From the IMG/VR virus record IMGVR_UViG_3300045806_000080, positions 1-63,921 of that record: a stretch of DNA of 63,921 nt; one strand, given 5' to 3'. Source of the DNA: a virus. Lineage: Duplodnaviria; Caudoviricetes. A model generated the notes under the pieces. That model did not search any database. It was not told the origin of the DNA and saw only the letters and a program-made list of their open reading frames with translations. How positions within the stretch are numbered: the stretch's first letter is position 1; each line of letters starts with the position of its first letter. Both the position numbers and the translations under genes were made by a program. Shown here piece by piece: positions 21,382-32,700 of this stretch.

Positions 21382-21697
21382 GTGCGTCTCCTGCCGCCAG
21401 CCGATAGGGGCACTTTGCGCAGCGTTCCAGCATGAGCTGCTGGAGATCGCGGACCTCGGCACGTAGCCCCTGCACCTCGGCGGTCAGGGATTGGATGTGA
21501 CCCTCGTAGCCGTCGAGCAGCACCTGAAATCGGCGTGTCAGCGAGCCGGTGGAGGCGTCGTCCCCTCTCTCCGGCTCGTGGTTGATCCGCGCGACCCGTT
21601 CGGCCGATCGCGCCATCCGGTTGGCGACCGCGTAGCCGCCGAAACCGGAGACGATTGGGGCGGAGAGGGCGGCGATCAGCGGGAGATAATCGAGCAT
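21374..21697 (-). CDS. Membrane-anchored coiled-coil protein (holin candidate)
   Basis: N-terminal TM followed by coiled coil; downstream of lysis genes. Confidence 0.5.
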   Translation of the reverse strand: MLDYLPLIAALSAPIVSGFGGYAVANRMARSAERVARINHEPERGDDASTGSLTRRFQVLLDGYEGHIQSLTAEVQGLRAEVRDLQQLMLERCAKCPYRLAAGDAHA

Positions 21698-21756
21698 GGC
21701 GGCCCCCAACGGTGCGCCCTCTGGTCTACCACAGCCGGCCATGTCAGTGTAGTGGG

Positions 21757-21975
21757 TCACACCGCGCGGAACGGCAGGACCTCGGGTCCGCGCTTCGGCG
21801 TCTGCGGCGTGACGGCGCGCTCGATGCCGTCGTTCAGCAGCTCCATCGCCCGCAGCATCAGCTTGCGGGCGGCCACGTTCTTCACATTGTCCATGTTGAG
21901 CGCGATGTCTAGGAGCGCCGCAGCTCGCTCGCTGGCGACGTCCCCGCAGCCGTAGGCTTCGACGTCGTCGCACAT
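21757..21975 (-). CDS. Hypothetical protein
   Basis: ORF in operon context. Confidence 0.5.
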   Translation of the reverse strand: MCDDVEAYGCGDVASERAAALLDIALNMDNVKNVAARKLMLRAMELLNDGIERAVTPQTPKRGPEVLPFRAV

Positions 21976-21979
21976 GGGC

Positions 21980-22300
21980 TCAGGCCCCCACGCCGTGGAC
22001 AGCCACCCAGACCCGCGCCGAGACGACCGCCGCGCCGTTGACGCAATGATCCTTGTCCAGGCCGATCAGGAGCACCGTCTGGGTCAGCTCTCCCGTCACG
22101 GCGACGATGCTGACGACCTCGACTGGGAAGGCGTGGCCCGTGGTCTCCCAAATCCCACGTACCGTCGTGATCTCGTCCGCGGTCAGCGTGACCTGCGCGC
22201 CGGCAGGGACGCCCTCCAGCGCCACGTCGAGCGGGATCGAGCACTCGGCCGCGGCGACTGGCGAGGCGGCAAGCATGAGGGCGAGGAGCAGGCGTTTCAT
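21980..22300 (-). CDS. Secreted protein
   Basis: Signal peptide MKRLLLALMLAASPVAAA; two Cys. Confidence 0.6.
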   Translation of the reverse strand: MKRLLLALMLAASPVAAAECSIPLDVALEGVPAGAQVTLTADEITTVRGIWETTGHAFPVEVVSIVAVTGELTQTVLLIGLDKDHCVNGAAVVSARVWVAVHGVGA

Positions 22301-22614
22301 CGGCAGTCTCCTGTCAAGAGGTCCCAGTACGGCGCAACCTTGATCCCGAGCGCCAGCGCCGCGCCGCGCTCGGCGCACGCGCCCTTGCTCTCCGGCCAGC
22401 CATCGAGCAGCGCGACGGCGTCGGCATGCAGGCAAATCCACTGGAGGTCCTGCGCCATCCACGCGCGCAGCCGGACGTCGTCGGCCTTCTCGCTGTGGGC
22501 GGCCGGGTTGAACACCTCGTGACCCACCTCGCGCAGGAGATGCGCGACGCGGTGAAACTCGGGGAAGTTGAGGTCCGCATACCCGCGCATGGGGCCGGCG
22601 ACATAGACCTTCAT
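22297..22614 (-). CDS. DUF4406 / nucleoside 2-deoxyribosyltransferase-like protein
   Basis: VYVAGPMRG...NFPEF...FNPA...L.GW.ESKGA.AE. Confidence 0.8.
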   Translation of the reverse strand: MKVYVAGPMRGYADLNFPEFHRVAHLLREVGHEVFNPAAHSEKADDVRLRAWMAQDLQWICLHADAVALLDGWPESKGACAERGAALALGIKVAPYWDLLTGDCR

Positions 22615-23807
22615 CAGACGATCTCCACGACTTGGCGGGACCTCAAGCCCCGCTCTTTGTGATAGGTGATGGCGAGCAGCTCTCGGCCGGCTGTCCAGCC
22701 GTGCTGGTGGGCGTAGGCGTCTTTCGGGGAGAGGGTCCTGAGCGTCTCCCAGCGGGCACCGTTGGCCTCGCCTGACGTCGTGTGGTGGATGTGGCCCGAG
22801 AACGCCTGGCGGACTTTGGTGCGGCCCCACATCTCGGGGCGGTACGACGCCATCACGCCGGGGAGCTGGTCGGGCTTGGTCTTGTGCCCGTGGTTGCCGC
22901 AAAGCATTACGGTGCCATGCTCGTAGAACCAGAAATCCCCTGGGTCTGCGTCCACGGTCACCCGCGGGTTGTTCTCGAAGAACAGCTCCAGCGCGATGCC
23001 GAGCATCTGCGCGACCTCTGGGTCATGGTTGCCCGGCAACCCTCGGTAGATGACGTGGTCGTGGCGTTCTAGCGCCAGCTCGATCATGAGCTTGCGGAGG
23101 CGCAGCGCCTCGCGGCCGATCTTCGGGAACCGCCCGTCCACGTCGAGTTGAAAGCCGCTGGCCGGCGTCGTATTCGTCTGGCTGTTCGCATGGGTCTGAT
23201 CGCCAAGATCGAGCAGCACCGCCGTCTGGCTGACCGGCGTGCAGTCCATCAGGTCCTCGATCGACCTCTCGACCGTCTCGCGAGCGATGGCCAGGTCCCA
23301 CGAGGTCCCGGTCTCGCGCCCCCAGGCCAGCATCCCAAGATGCAGGTCGCTGGTCGGGTAGACGGTCAGGAGCTGGTCGTCGACGTCCCTCGGCCGCGCC
23401 TTGATCTGCGACTGCCCGCGGATCGGGCCGAACACGTCTAGCAGGTCTTCGCGCGTGACCTCCGGCCGCTCACCCTCTCCGGTCTTGACCCACTTCTGGA
23501 TGACCCGGCCGTCCTCGTCCACGAGGGCGCTCTCGCCCTTGACGATGTGACCCTGGGGGACCTGGAACGCCTCGCCGTGCTCGCGCGCCTGTTTGATCCA
23601 GGCCCCGTCCCGCTTTGACGCGATCGACTTGATCTCGAACCCATCCACGACGGGTTCGACGCCGAGGCACCCGGAGACGCCGGCCCGCTTGGCGATGTTC
23701 CTCACGGTGTTGTAGCAGACGCCTGTGGCCGCCACGATTTGCGAGTAGCTCTGGCCCGCCTTGCGCTGGGCGATGATCTGCTCGGCGATGTCCGCGCCGA
23801 TCGCCAT
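22614..23807 (-). CDS. HTH + calcineurin-like metallophosphoesterase
   Basis: DLHLG, LGD, GNHD, HGH, GHIH motifs; N-terminal HTH. Confidence 0.85.
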   Translation of the reverse strand: MAIGADIAEQIIAQRKAGQSYSQIVAATGVCYNTVRNIAKRAGVSGCLGVEPVVDGFEIKSIASKRDGAWIKQAREHGEAFQVPQGHIVKGESALVDEDGRVIQKWVKTGEGERPEVTREDLLDVFGPIRGQSQIKARPRDVDDQLLTVYPTSDLHLGMLAWGRETGTSWDLAIARETVERSIEDLMDCTPVSQTAVLLDLGDQTHANSQTNTTPASGFQLDVDGRFPKIGREALRLRKLMIELALERHDHVIYRGLPGNHDPEVAQMLGIALELFFENNPRVTVDADPGDFWFYEHGTVMLCGNHGHKTKPDQLPGVMASYRPEMWGRTKVRQAFSGHIHHTTSGEANGARWETLRTLSPKDAYAHQHGWTAGRELLAITYHKERGLRSRQVVEIV

Positions 23808-24043
23808 CAGCGTGACCAGCAGCCGGCGGAGACGCCGCGCTCGAAGTGGCCGGAGATGCGGCGCTCGCCGTCACGGGTGGTGGCGTGGACGTCCTTCAGC
23901 GGGTCCACGATGACGCCGCAGGGGCGGTCAACGGGCTGCGGAGGCGTTGCACACCCCGCGATCGCGATCCCAGTCGCCGTCACGAGCGAAGCAATCGTCA
24001 ACGCTTTTCGCGCCCGAGGCGGCGCGTAGCCGAGCTTGGTCAT
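23807..24043 (-). CDS. o-spanin-like lipoprotein (Rz1-like)
   Basis: Lipobox IAGC; overlaps upstream TM gene. Confidence 0.65.
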   Translation of the reverse strand: MTKLGYAPPRARKALTIASLVTATGIAIAGCATPPQPVDRPCGVIVDPLKDVHATTRDGERRISGHFERGVSAGCWSR

Positions 24044-24194
24044 TGGCCTGCTCCACCTTCTGGACGGCGGCCTGCTGGCCGCTCGTGTATGCCTCGTGCT
24101 GCTTGACCTCGAACCACGCGACGGCGGCGAGGGCGGCGGCACCCAGCGCGAAGTACCGCCAGTTCTTGATGATGAAGGGGACGAGCGCGAGCAT
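23928..24194 (-). CDS. i-spanin-like protein (Rz-like)
   Basis: N-terminal TM plus short helical periplasmic part, directly after the endolysin. Confidence 0.65.
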   Translation of the reverse strand: MLALVPFIIKNWRYFALGAAALAAVAWFEVKQHEAYTSGQQAAVQKVEQANDQARLRAASGAKSVDDCFARDGDWDRDRGVCNASAAR

Positions 24195-24195
24195 C

Positions 24196-25083
24196 TCAGG
24201 CCGCCATCACGATGGGGAAGTCGGCGTCTGCGTCGAGGTCGACGTGCGCCTCGCCATCGCCCTTTACAGCCGCGTCGCGGATGCTGGAGACGAGCTTGAC
24301 AGCGACGCCAGCGATGATGCCGGCGAGCATCAGGGCCGCGCAGCCCCACTTGATCCACTCCCAGGTGTCGCTGAGCGGCCGGAGCTGCTCAGCGGTCTGG
24401 GACGCGAACGCGCCGGCGGCCGACACCGCGGTCGTGGCGTGGGTCGCGATCTCGGAGATCGGGGCCGGCTTGATGTCGGCGATGAGCGCCTTCCGGTGCC
24501 CGCCAGCGGAGGTGACGTCCACGGAGGCCCCGGCCTCAGCCTGCTTCGCCCACGCGCAGGCGACCTTCTGGCAGTTGGCGATCCGCGCGCCCCAGCCCTT
24601 GCCGAAGTAGCGCCAGGTCTTGAGGGACTGGAGGGTGGCGAGCCTGCGGGAGCTGAACCCGATGATCAGGTCCTCGACGTCCTCCTCGGACTGGCAGAAG
24701 TCGAGAACGGCCTGCAAGGTCTTGCCGCCGACGATGCCGTCGTTCGCTCCCTGATAGTGCGAGCCCAGCGCCCGCTGGAGCCACTTGCCCGCCTGCCCGA
24801 CGCCCGAGTTCACCGCAGCGTCGAACACCGCGAAGCTGAGGCCGGTCGGCAGCTCGTCGCCGTGGACCGGAGCCCAATAGTGGACGGTGTAGATTTCGTC
24901 GCGCTCGGCCGCGTCCATCAGCCAGACGTCGCGGACCGCGAGCCCCTTCGAGCGCCGGTACATATTGTAGGTGCCCTGGGTGACGCCCTGATTGGTGCGC
25001 CCGCCCGGATCGTGGGCGTCCTGACACTTGCCGCCCTCGTAGACGAGGACCCGAGGCATAACCCTTTGAAAATCGGCTTTCAT
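24196..25083 (-). CDS. Endolysin, glycoside hydrolase family 108 with PG-binding domain and C-terminal TM
   Basis: YEGG...DPGGRTNQGVT; FDAAVNSG; FGKGW..R. Confidence 0.9.
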   Translation of the reverse strand: MKADFQRVMPRVLVYEGGKCQDAHDPGGRTNQGVTQGTYNMYRRSKGLAVRDVWLMDAAERDEIYTVHYWAPVHGDELPTGLSFAVFDAAVNSGVGQAGKWLQRALGSHYQGANDGIVGGKTLQAVLDFCQSEEDVEDLIIGFSSRRLATLQSLKTWRYFGKGWGARIANCQKVACAWAKQAEAGASVDVTSAGGHRKALIADIKPAPISEIATHATTAVSAAGAFASQTAEQLRPLSDTWEWIKWGCAALMLAGIIAGVAVKLVSSIRDAAVKGDGEAHVDLDADADFPIVMAA

Positions 25084-25113
25084 GGCCCAGCCTCGCTACA
25101 CTGACATGAGGAT

Positions 25114-25142
25114 GGGATACAGCCGTAGCACTGCACTGACAA
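25114..25142 (-). promoter_or_regulatory. Predicted lysis promoter TTGTCA-N17-TATCCC
   Basis: Motif copies at 25097-25106 and 25132-25143. Confidence 0.55.
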
Positions 25143-25187
25143 GATGGCCGGTTTCAGACTTTCCAGAGCCGCGGATTTCCGGGAGTA

Positions 25188-25417
25188 GCCACAGGTGCCT
25201 GTGGCGAACCTGTGGCGGTCAGTGTGCTCGGTGGACCGGATTTCGGTGTAAGTTATTGATTTTATTGGTGGGCGGTGACGGGCTCGAACCGCCGACCCTC
25301 TCGGTGTAAACGAGGGCCGCCATTATAAGTCTTTGATATTATTGACGTCGCCTGTCAAGTTCGGCCCCGTTCTTCGCGTTTTGTTCCGCTCAACCTGTGG
25401 CGAACCTGTGGCGGTCA
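25188..25417. other. attP: tRNA core, arm-type repeats and IHF sites
   Basis: Exact 24-bp direct repeat CCTGTGGCGAACCTGTGGCGGTCA at 25198 and 25394; inverted GCCACAGG at 25188; WATCAANNNNTTR matches on - at 25249-25261 and 25326-25338. Confidence 0.88.
25266..25314 (-). tRNA. 3' part of tRNA-Val(UAC) = attP core (not a full tRNA)
   Basis: - strand CTCG-TTTACAC-CGAG AGGGTC GGCGG-TTCGAGC-CCGTC ACCGCCC A CCA; 5' half absent. Confidence 0.9.
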
Positions 25418-26501
25418 CTGTGTTGGGCCGCGCCGTGACCGCCGCGAGTACACCGCTTTGGTAGTCTGGGTGGTGGTGGCCGTACACATCCACGATCAGC
25501 TTAGGGGATACCCCGAAGAAGCCGGCGGCCTGGTAGATGTCGGCCCCGTTCTGCATCGCCCAGGTTATCGCTGTATGTCGGAGGGTGTGCTGGGTGACGT
25601 CTGCGAGCCCGGCGTCGGCCACCGCATTGCCGAACGCCTTCTTGATGCTGGCCACCGGCTGGTCGTCGAACTCGATCACGGAGTGCTTGCAGAGCCCCCG
25701 GTCCTTCCAACGCCGCATGTGCGCGAGGAGCCTGGGCGGTAGGCGGATGGTCGGCTGGAGCTTGTTCGTCCGGCGCTTGCCTTTGGGCTGCCGGTAGAAG
25801 ACGCCCCGCTCCAGATCGACGCGGCCCCTGCCCTCCTCTGGCTCGAACGACGCCGTGCAGATCGCCGAGGCGCGGGTCCCGGTGTAGAGCCCCACTAATA
25901 CAAAGCGTGCCACATGCCTCCGCATGCGCCGCTCGGTCAGGACCTCACGCTGCGGCTGACGGTAGCGCCAAGCCCCCCAGATCAGCCGGGCGGCCTCGGA
26001 CCGGGTGAGCCACCGCTCGCGCGGGATAGCCTTGTCTGGCATCTCGACGCGCGTCTCGTAGGTGCAGCGCCCCTGCTTCCAGTGGTAGCGGATCGCCGCC
26101 CGGAAGTCCTCAAGCTCGCGCCGCGCCGCCTGCTCGGACGTGCGTTGCGCGGCGTAGGCTCTGCACAGCTCGCCATTGACCTGGGCTAGTTTGTGGCTCC
26201 CGAAGAACTCGTTGAGGAAGCCGACGCGCTGAAGGAGCGCCCTCGGTCTCGCGACTTTCTTCGCCCCGACGTACAGATCGAGGACGTCGGAGACTTCGAC
26301 GGCGGCTGGGTCGCGGGTGTCGGTTGGCGGCGCGTGCTTCTTGCCGACGTACCGTGCGAGGCACTGCTCAGCTCGGCCAACTTCATCCGCAGCGCATCCT
26401 GTGCTTCTTTGGACGACCCCGTCCCGGATGATCCAGACTGCGGGGCGGCCCTCGCGGGCTGGACGGAGCCAGAGACGCGCTCCCTTGGCTTGGTTCGACA
26501 C
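25323..26501 (-). CDS. int: Tyrosine integrase
   Basis: YTGTR, HTLRHT, VYGHH catalytic residues; adjacent to attP. Confidence 0.95.
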   Translation of the reverse strand: MSNQAKGARLWLRPAREGRPAVWIIRDGVVQRSTGCAADEVGRAEQCLARYVGKKHAPPTDTRDPAAVEVSDVLDLYVGAKKVARPRALLQRVGFLNEFFGSHKLAQVNGELCRAYAAQRTSEQAARRELEDFRAAIRYHWKQGRCTYETRVEMPDKAIPRERWLTRSEAARLIWGAWRYRQPQREVLTERRMRRHVARFVLVGLYTGTRASAICTASFEPEEGRGRVDLERGVFYRQPKGKRRTNKLQPTIRLPPRLLAHMRRWKDRGLCKHSVIEFDDQPVASIKKAFGNAVADAGLADVTQHTLRHTAITWAMQNGADIYQAAGFFGVSPKLIVDVYGHHHPDYQSGVLAAVTARPNTVTATGSPQVERNKTRRTGPNLTGDVNNIKDL

Positions 26502-26674
26502 CTATCCCTCATAGCCTCGATCGCGGCCAAGGTTGTGAAGTCCTTGCCCGCGATCCGTTCGGCAGCGAGGTTACCTTTTGCAATCTCTTTACGCAAACCG
26601 GACGCGGTCATTCCCCCGAGAGGGAACGCCAATTCGGCTGCGACTTTGAGGCGCAAAGGAGCGTCTCTTTCCAT
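26186..26674 (-). CDS. xis: Excisionase-like protein overlapping int
   Basis: PLRL..AAELAFP.G.MT.SGLR.E...G.L..ERIAGKDFTTL HTH-like segment upstream of int. Confidence 0.7.
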   Translation of the reverse strand: MERDAPLRLKVAAELAFPLGGMTASGLRKEIAKGNLAAERIAGKDFTTLAAIEAMRDRCRTKPRERVSGSVQPARAAPQSGSSGTGSSKEAQDALRMKLAELSSASHGTSARSTRRQPTPATQPPSKSPTSSICTSGRRKSRDRGRSFSASASSTSSSGATN

Positions 26675-26752
26675 GGGTGCCTGATCCCTTGCCCCCCTGC
26701 GGCTTCGCCGTCTCGGGGAAGTGCCCCCTGTACACTGACAAGGGGCGATCCG

Positions 26753-29700
26753 TCAATAGTCGAGCATCCCGCGGCCTGCGATATTCTTGGGCGACAGCCC
26801 GATAGGCATCCCCACTGCACTGGCGTAGCCCGCGCGGCGGTAGTGCTCGCTCATGTAGCCCCCCAGCCCCTGCAACGGCCCAGGCATGCCGGGGTGGTCC
26901 TGCTGATACTTGGTGGCCTGTTCGATCCAGTAGCGGAAGTTCTCGCTGTCGCCTCGGGTGAGCGCGAGCGACATATGCTGGGTGATGTTCTGCGAGCGCA
27001 CCTGAGCGAGCGTGTTGATCCCGGTGATCGTCCGCTTCTTCTCGTCGAACTCAGCCTCGTCGCCTGGGTCGAGCCCGACCGCGGTCTTGACGATGTCGCC
27101 CGTCGTCGCAGCGCCAGCCGGCATGCCGGGGTGAACCGCCTGCGCCATGCCGGACTTGTCACGGTAGCCGTAGAGGCCGAGCCGCGTCGCCTCGATCGGC
27201 CCGCGGAGCAGCTCGGGGACCAGCTTCTGCGCGCCGTTGAGATAGTCGCCGTTGGCGATGTCCCGAGCCGCGAAGGCGAAGTTGCCGACGAGCCCGAACG
27301 AGTGCCCGGCCTCGGCTTTCAGCCAGTCGCGTTGAGCATCTTCGAGCTTGCGCTTCTCGAACAGGTAGGTGAGCGCCGTCGAGCCCGGCGCGATCCGCTG
27401 GTCCCCGAGGTGCGACAGATCGACCCCGAAGGCGCGCGGCACGCCGCGGGCGATGATCTCGCCGACGTCCTTGCCGAAGATGTGCGCCAGGTAGCCCCGG
27501 TACGACGCTGTGATGTCGTGGTCGTCTCGGTTGGTCGCCCAGTCGGCGAGCCTGTCCCAGACGGCGCTGAACACCTGCGCCATCGGCATGCCGAGCGATC
27601 CCGCGATCGCGCCCGTGACCGCCAGATGCCCGAGCAGGAACTTGCGCGCCTCCGCCTGCGCCGCTGGGCCTTCACGACCGATGGAGTTGGCCGCCTCGCG
27701 GTACAGCATCTCGGTGAGGCGGGTGCTGTAGCCCATGAACTGATTGATGAGCGGGCTCATCGGGCCGAACACGCCCCCGCGGGTCATCTGCCGGGCGTTG
27801 AAGGTGGGGTTCCAGTTGAGCTGGCTGTCCTCCACCATGCGGTGAGCGAAGTCGTGGACGCTCTCGTGCGCCTGGAGCTTCTGGTTCGCCGACCACATAT
27901 CGCGCGCCGCGAGCGCGGTGAGCACGCGGGGCATCATCTCCGAATAGCGCCCCATGGCGCTGGCCCAGCCCCGCGCCTTGCCGAGCGCGCTGTCCGGGTC
28001 GCCGCGCTCCGCGCGCATCGCCTCGGTGAAGCTGCCGTGGTTGAACGCGCCCATGGCGTCCATCCGCATCAGGAACTCGGTGTCGCGCTTGGAGATGCCG
28101 GCCTTCAGGAGGTCGCTCTCACGCATGCCGAACCGCAGCCCATCGGTGCCGCCGGCCACGGCGCGCATCACGTCGAAGGTGCGCTTGGTGACGCCGGCCA
28201 TCGCCCGCGCCGCCTTCATGTAGCCGCCCGCGGCCCCGAGGCGCGGCAGCGTCAGGGTGCCTACCTGCGACAGAAGCGCGACGGTGTAGGCCGGGCTCGC
28301 CCCGACCTCCATGGCGTTGCCCATCTCGCGGATCGCCTGCATCGGAGCGCCAGGCGTCGCCACGGCCCGCTGCGCCTCGCGGCGGATCAGCTCCTGCGCG
28401 GCCTGGTGCATCCCGATCCGCTCGGGCGCGTTGGCCTCATTCGCGGCCTTCACGTCCTCACGCATCTTGACGACGCTGTCGGCCAGCCGCGGCATCGCGG
28501 CGATGTTCGCGAGCGCGCCGGACGTCGCCGACATGCGCTGGCGGACATTCTGGAGCATCTCCTTGGAGAACCCCTGCACACCCTCGCGCCGAGCCATGAT
28601 CCGGTTGAGGCTCGATGGAGGCAGAAGGTCGAGGAACTCGCGCTTGGCCTCGGCGATCCGCTGCTCGATCAGCGCCTTCGAAGCGTCGTCCACGCCGCTG
28701 AACCGCTCCAGGTTCGAGCGCATGATTTGCATGGCCCGCTCCTGCCACTGAGGCGTGATGCCGGCCTTGAGCGAAGCGATCGAGCCGCTCGACAGCGACT
28801 TGGGCTCGAAGACGCCCTGGTCGTGCGCGGCCTGGAAAATCTTGTTCAGGCGCTCCATCTGGCCCGGCGTCTCGACGCGGGCGTAGACCGTGGGGTTCTC
28901 CAGGTTGCGGTCGATCGTCAAGTGGCCGAAGCCCCCGGCGTTCAGCATCCTCTGGAGCTTGTCGACAGCCTTTGCAGACGGAAGCCCGTCGTCGCTCAGC
29001 TTGAGCTTGGCGGCCGAAAAGAACTCGCCGTTCCGCCCCATCGGGAAGTTGGGCAGCCGATCGAGTTCGGCGAGGCGCGTGACGCGGTCGCTCAGCAGCG
29101 AGCTGAGCGGCGAGATGCTGTCGGCGAGGCTCTCGCCACGCTTGGTGATCACCCCTGCATCCGGGCCGGTCGCGCCAGCCTTGACGCCCTTGAGCTTGGC
29201 GAGCGCGCCCTTGACCGTGTCGATATGGTTGCCGGCGAGTTTCGCGAGCTGGTCTCCTGCCGACTTCCAGTACGCCAGGTTCGCGGCCGGGTCGTCGTGC
29301 AGCGTCGGGTTTAGGCGGAACTGCTCGCTCGGGTCCAGCCCCGGAGGCAGCGGGATGTCCTTGGCGTAGTCGCTCTTGATGAAGTTGTAGAGCTGCGTCG
29401 CAAAGAGCTGCTCCATGTGCGCCCGCTGCGCCGTGACAAGGCCCTGGAACGCGCCGCGCTCCTCGCCGGACATCGACTTCCAGATTTGCGCCAGGCGCAT
29501 GTGGCTCTTGCCAAGCTCGGCCGCGTTCGGCGCGTCGAACAAGTCCTTGTGGGCCGACCAATCGAGCATGCCGTTGACCCCGGTGTGGAGCCCGGTGACC
29601 AGCTTGTTGAACTTCTCCTGGCTCGCCTCCGGCAACGCAGCCGCGCGGTCGATCGACGCGGACGACGCCTTGGTGTTGACCTCCTTCATGAGGTCGCGCC

Positions 29701-32700
29701 ATTCGAGGTTCTCGGTGTGGGTGAGGAAAGACGGGGCGTATTTTCCGTACCACTTCGCGATGGTCTGGCTGTTGACCCAGCCGAGCACCGTCGAGCGCAG
29801 ATGCGGCATGAAGTTCGTCAGGTGCTCGACCGGCATCTCGGAGACGCGATCGCGCATCTCGTCGAGCTTGAGGAAGGCCGGCTTGAGCGCGGCGTCGGAC
29901 CCAGCGGGGGTGTGCGCCAGCGCACGGTCGTAGTGCTGATCCTCGGCGAGAACCGCTGACCCACGCTCCATGAACTGGTCGAGCAGCGTGCGCTTGCTGC
30001 CGCCGAACCCGAGCAGGTTCGCGACGCCGTCCTTGAACCGCTGCCACAAGGTCTTGCCAGCTTCCTTCTGGCCGCGCATCCACTCCTGGAACTGCGCGTT
30101 CGACATGCCCTCGGCGAGGAACTCCTTGGGCTCCGTCAGACCGTAGGCGTCGTCGTTCGGAGACCGCTTCTTCACGGCGTCGAACAGGCTCTTGAACGCG
30201 CGTGAGGCCGGATTGTCTTCTCCCAGCGCCCTGACGGAGCCGGCATGCGCCGCCTCGTGGACAACCGCATGCTCCAGGCCGGAAGCGCCGAACAGGTTGA
30301 TGCCATCGGTGCGGGCCGTGTACATGCCCCGAGCGCCAGCGGTGAGTGACGATGGAGGCCAACGACCCTGCGTCCGTGCGATCCGCGCCGGGTCCCTGAA
30401 CGAGATGCTCGGGTCTACGCCGCTGTTGGACAACAGCCTCGCGACCGCACGGACCAGCGGGTCGGAGCCGCTCTGAGCAATGTGTTCCAGCGCAGGCTTT
30501 GTCTGCCCGCTGGCCCGGACGATGCCTGTCAGGTCCACGTCCATCTGGTTACGCTGAGCGTCCGACGACGCGCCGCGCAGGAACCAGTCGTTCTCGTTCG
30601 GCGGCAGCTCGCGGCGGATCGCGTCGATGACGCGCTGCTCCAGCTCGGCGTGGCTCTCGGCCGCCTTCATGGCGTTCCATTGCAGCACGCCGTCCGGGTA
30701 GTCGTTGTTCTTGGTCTCGGAGTACAGCTTGTCCCATAGCGGGCCGTAGAAGTGATCGTCGGAGAGGTACCGAAGCTGCTCCGGGTTCTCGTTCAGCGCC
30801 TGCTCGATCTTGTCGAGCCGCTCCTTCTGGATCGCCATCGCGGCCTTCCAGTCCCTGGTGACAACCGTGTCGTGCTTCGGGTGGTTCGGCGTCCACGACG
30901 GCTCGACGTTCTCCATGATCTTGCCGGAGGCGCGAACCCGCGCGATCGCGTCGCGGACCGACTGATACGGCGCTGCCGGCTCCTTGCCGCCCATCACCTC
31001 GGCGACGAGCTGCTTGAACCGCTCAACTGCGTTCGCCCCCTTGGGCGTCGTGATCTTGGCTGAGGTCTCCTCGGCGGCGACGGGCGCGGCCGGCTTCCCC
31101 TCTGGGCTCAGCGGGCGCAGCACGTCGAACGCACCTCCCTCGCGCGGGGTGAGCACACCGGCGAACCTGAGCCGGCTGACGACGTCGTCGAGCCCTGCCC
31201 GGTTGATGCCTGGCATCGCTTTGGCGAGATCGGCGAGCGACACCGTGCCCTGTCGGTCGATCAGGCCGCGGAGCCCTTCGATGTGTTCCGGGGCGATCGG
31301 CGTCGGCGCTTCCGCCTTTTTCCCTGACGGGTTCTCAGCCACGCCTCGGAACTGCTTGATCAGCTCATCCACCTTGGCCGTAGCTGTGGGTGACGGCGCG
31401 GGCTCCTGAGCGACAGGCGCAGCCGGTGCCGGTTGTGCCTGACCCGGTTTCTCTGCGGCGGGAGCTTCGACGGGAGCCGCCGGCTGAGCCGCGGCAGCGG
31501 CCTCGCCACGGGCAGCCGCGCGCTTGGCACGAGCCACCCCCTCGGCGACGGTGCGCTGAAACTCCGCGATCGTAGCATCCACCATGGAAACAGTGCCACG
31601 TCCACCATTCGCAAGAGCGACCTGAGCATCCTCGACGTCCTTTCTGTCGGCCTCTGGCACCTTGGCCTTGATGTCTTCGAGCTTGTCGAACCGGGCCTGA
31701 TGCTGCTCCGGGACCGCCTCGCGGATCGAGGGCGCACCCCTCGGCGCGTTCAGGTTGCCGGCCTCGTCGACCATGTCGAGCAGCCGAGCGACCGGCATCA
31801 GTCGATCCTTCAGCCGCTCGTTCGGGGTCTTGTCTGCCCAGTCGGCCCGGATCACGGCCTCGGCCCCCTCGGGCGTCAGCTTGGCCGACCCGCGCAGGAT
31901 CGAGGGGATTTTGCCCCCGTTGGCGTCCATGGCGGTCTTGGCGATCGTTTGCGGCAGCGGCGCGCTGCGATCCGGCATCTTCGGGACTTCGCCCGACATG
32001 ACGCGCGGCGGCCCGAGCGGCTCGTTCACCGGGTCCGTCGACCGCTCGATCGTCTCCTGCGCCCGCTCCGCCTCTTTCGTCGGGGACGGCAGCCCGAGCG
32101 GCCCCTTGGGCGGCTCGACGGGCTCGCCAGCGACCGTCTGGCTCATCTCGATCGGGGCGCGGGTTGAGAGCGGATTGTCGCGCTTGTCGAAGACGAGGTT
32201 CCCTGCCTCGTCGCGCTTGGGCACAACGGCGACGGACGGCTCGTGAACGGGCTCGTCCTCCCCGCGCGGCATGCGCAGCATCTCTGGGGACGGCAGCCCG
32301 AGCATCGGCTGAACCGCCCTGGGCGACGTCGCCCAGGCGCTCTCCAGCCGGTCTGCCTCCGAGCCCGGAAGCACCCGCTCTGCCTCGTTGGTGAGCCCGG
32401 ACTTATCCTGCCACGCGGTGTGCAGCGCCGCGTCGGGGTCCGGCCCCGGCTCTGGGGGCGACCGGCGCAGCTCCATCTCCTTGGCCACGTCCATCAGCGC
32501 CGGGTGGTTCGGGTCCCTGAGCTGCAAGGTTTGTGCGTGGTCCAGCAGCGCCTCGTTCGAGAGGCCCTCGTAGGGCCGCGCGGCGTTCATGGGCATCGTT
32601 GGCGACTGGAGCAGCCCGGCGATCTGCGGCTTCTGGGCCGGATCGAGCGCGTCCTTGACCGCAGTCGTCAGGTCGTCGTCTGTGATGGTGTGAACGGGCT

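Noticed and set aside
25266-25314. Functional tRNA gene
   Set aside because: The 5' acceptor strand and D-arm are absent; it is an att core
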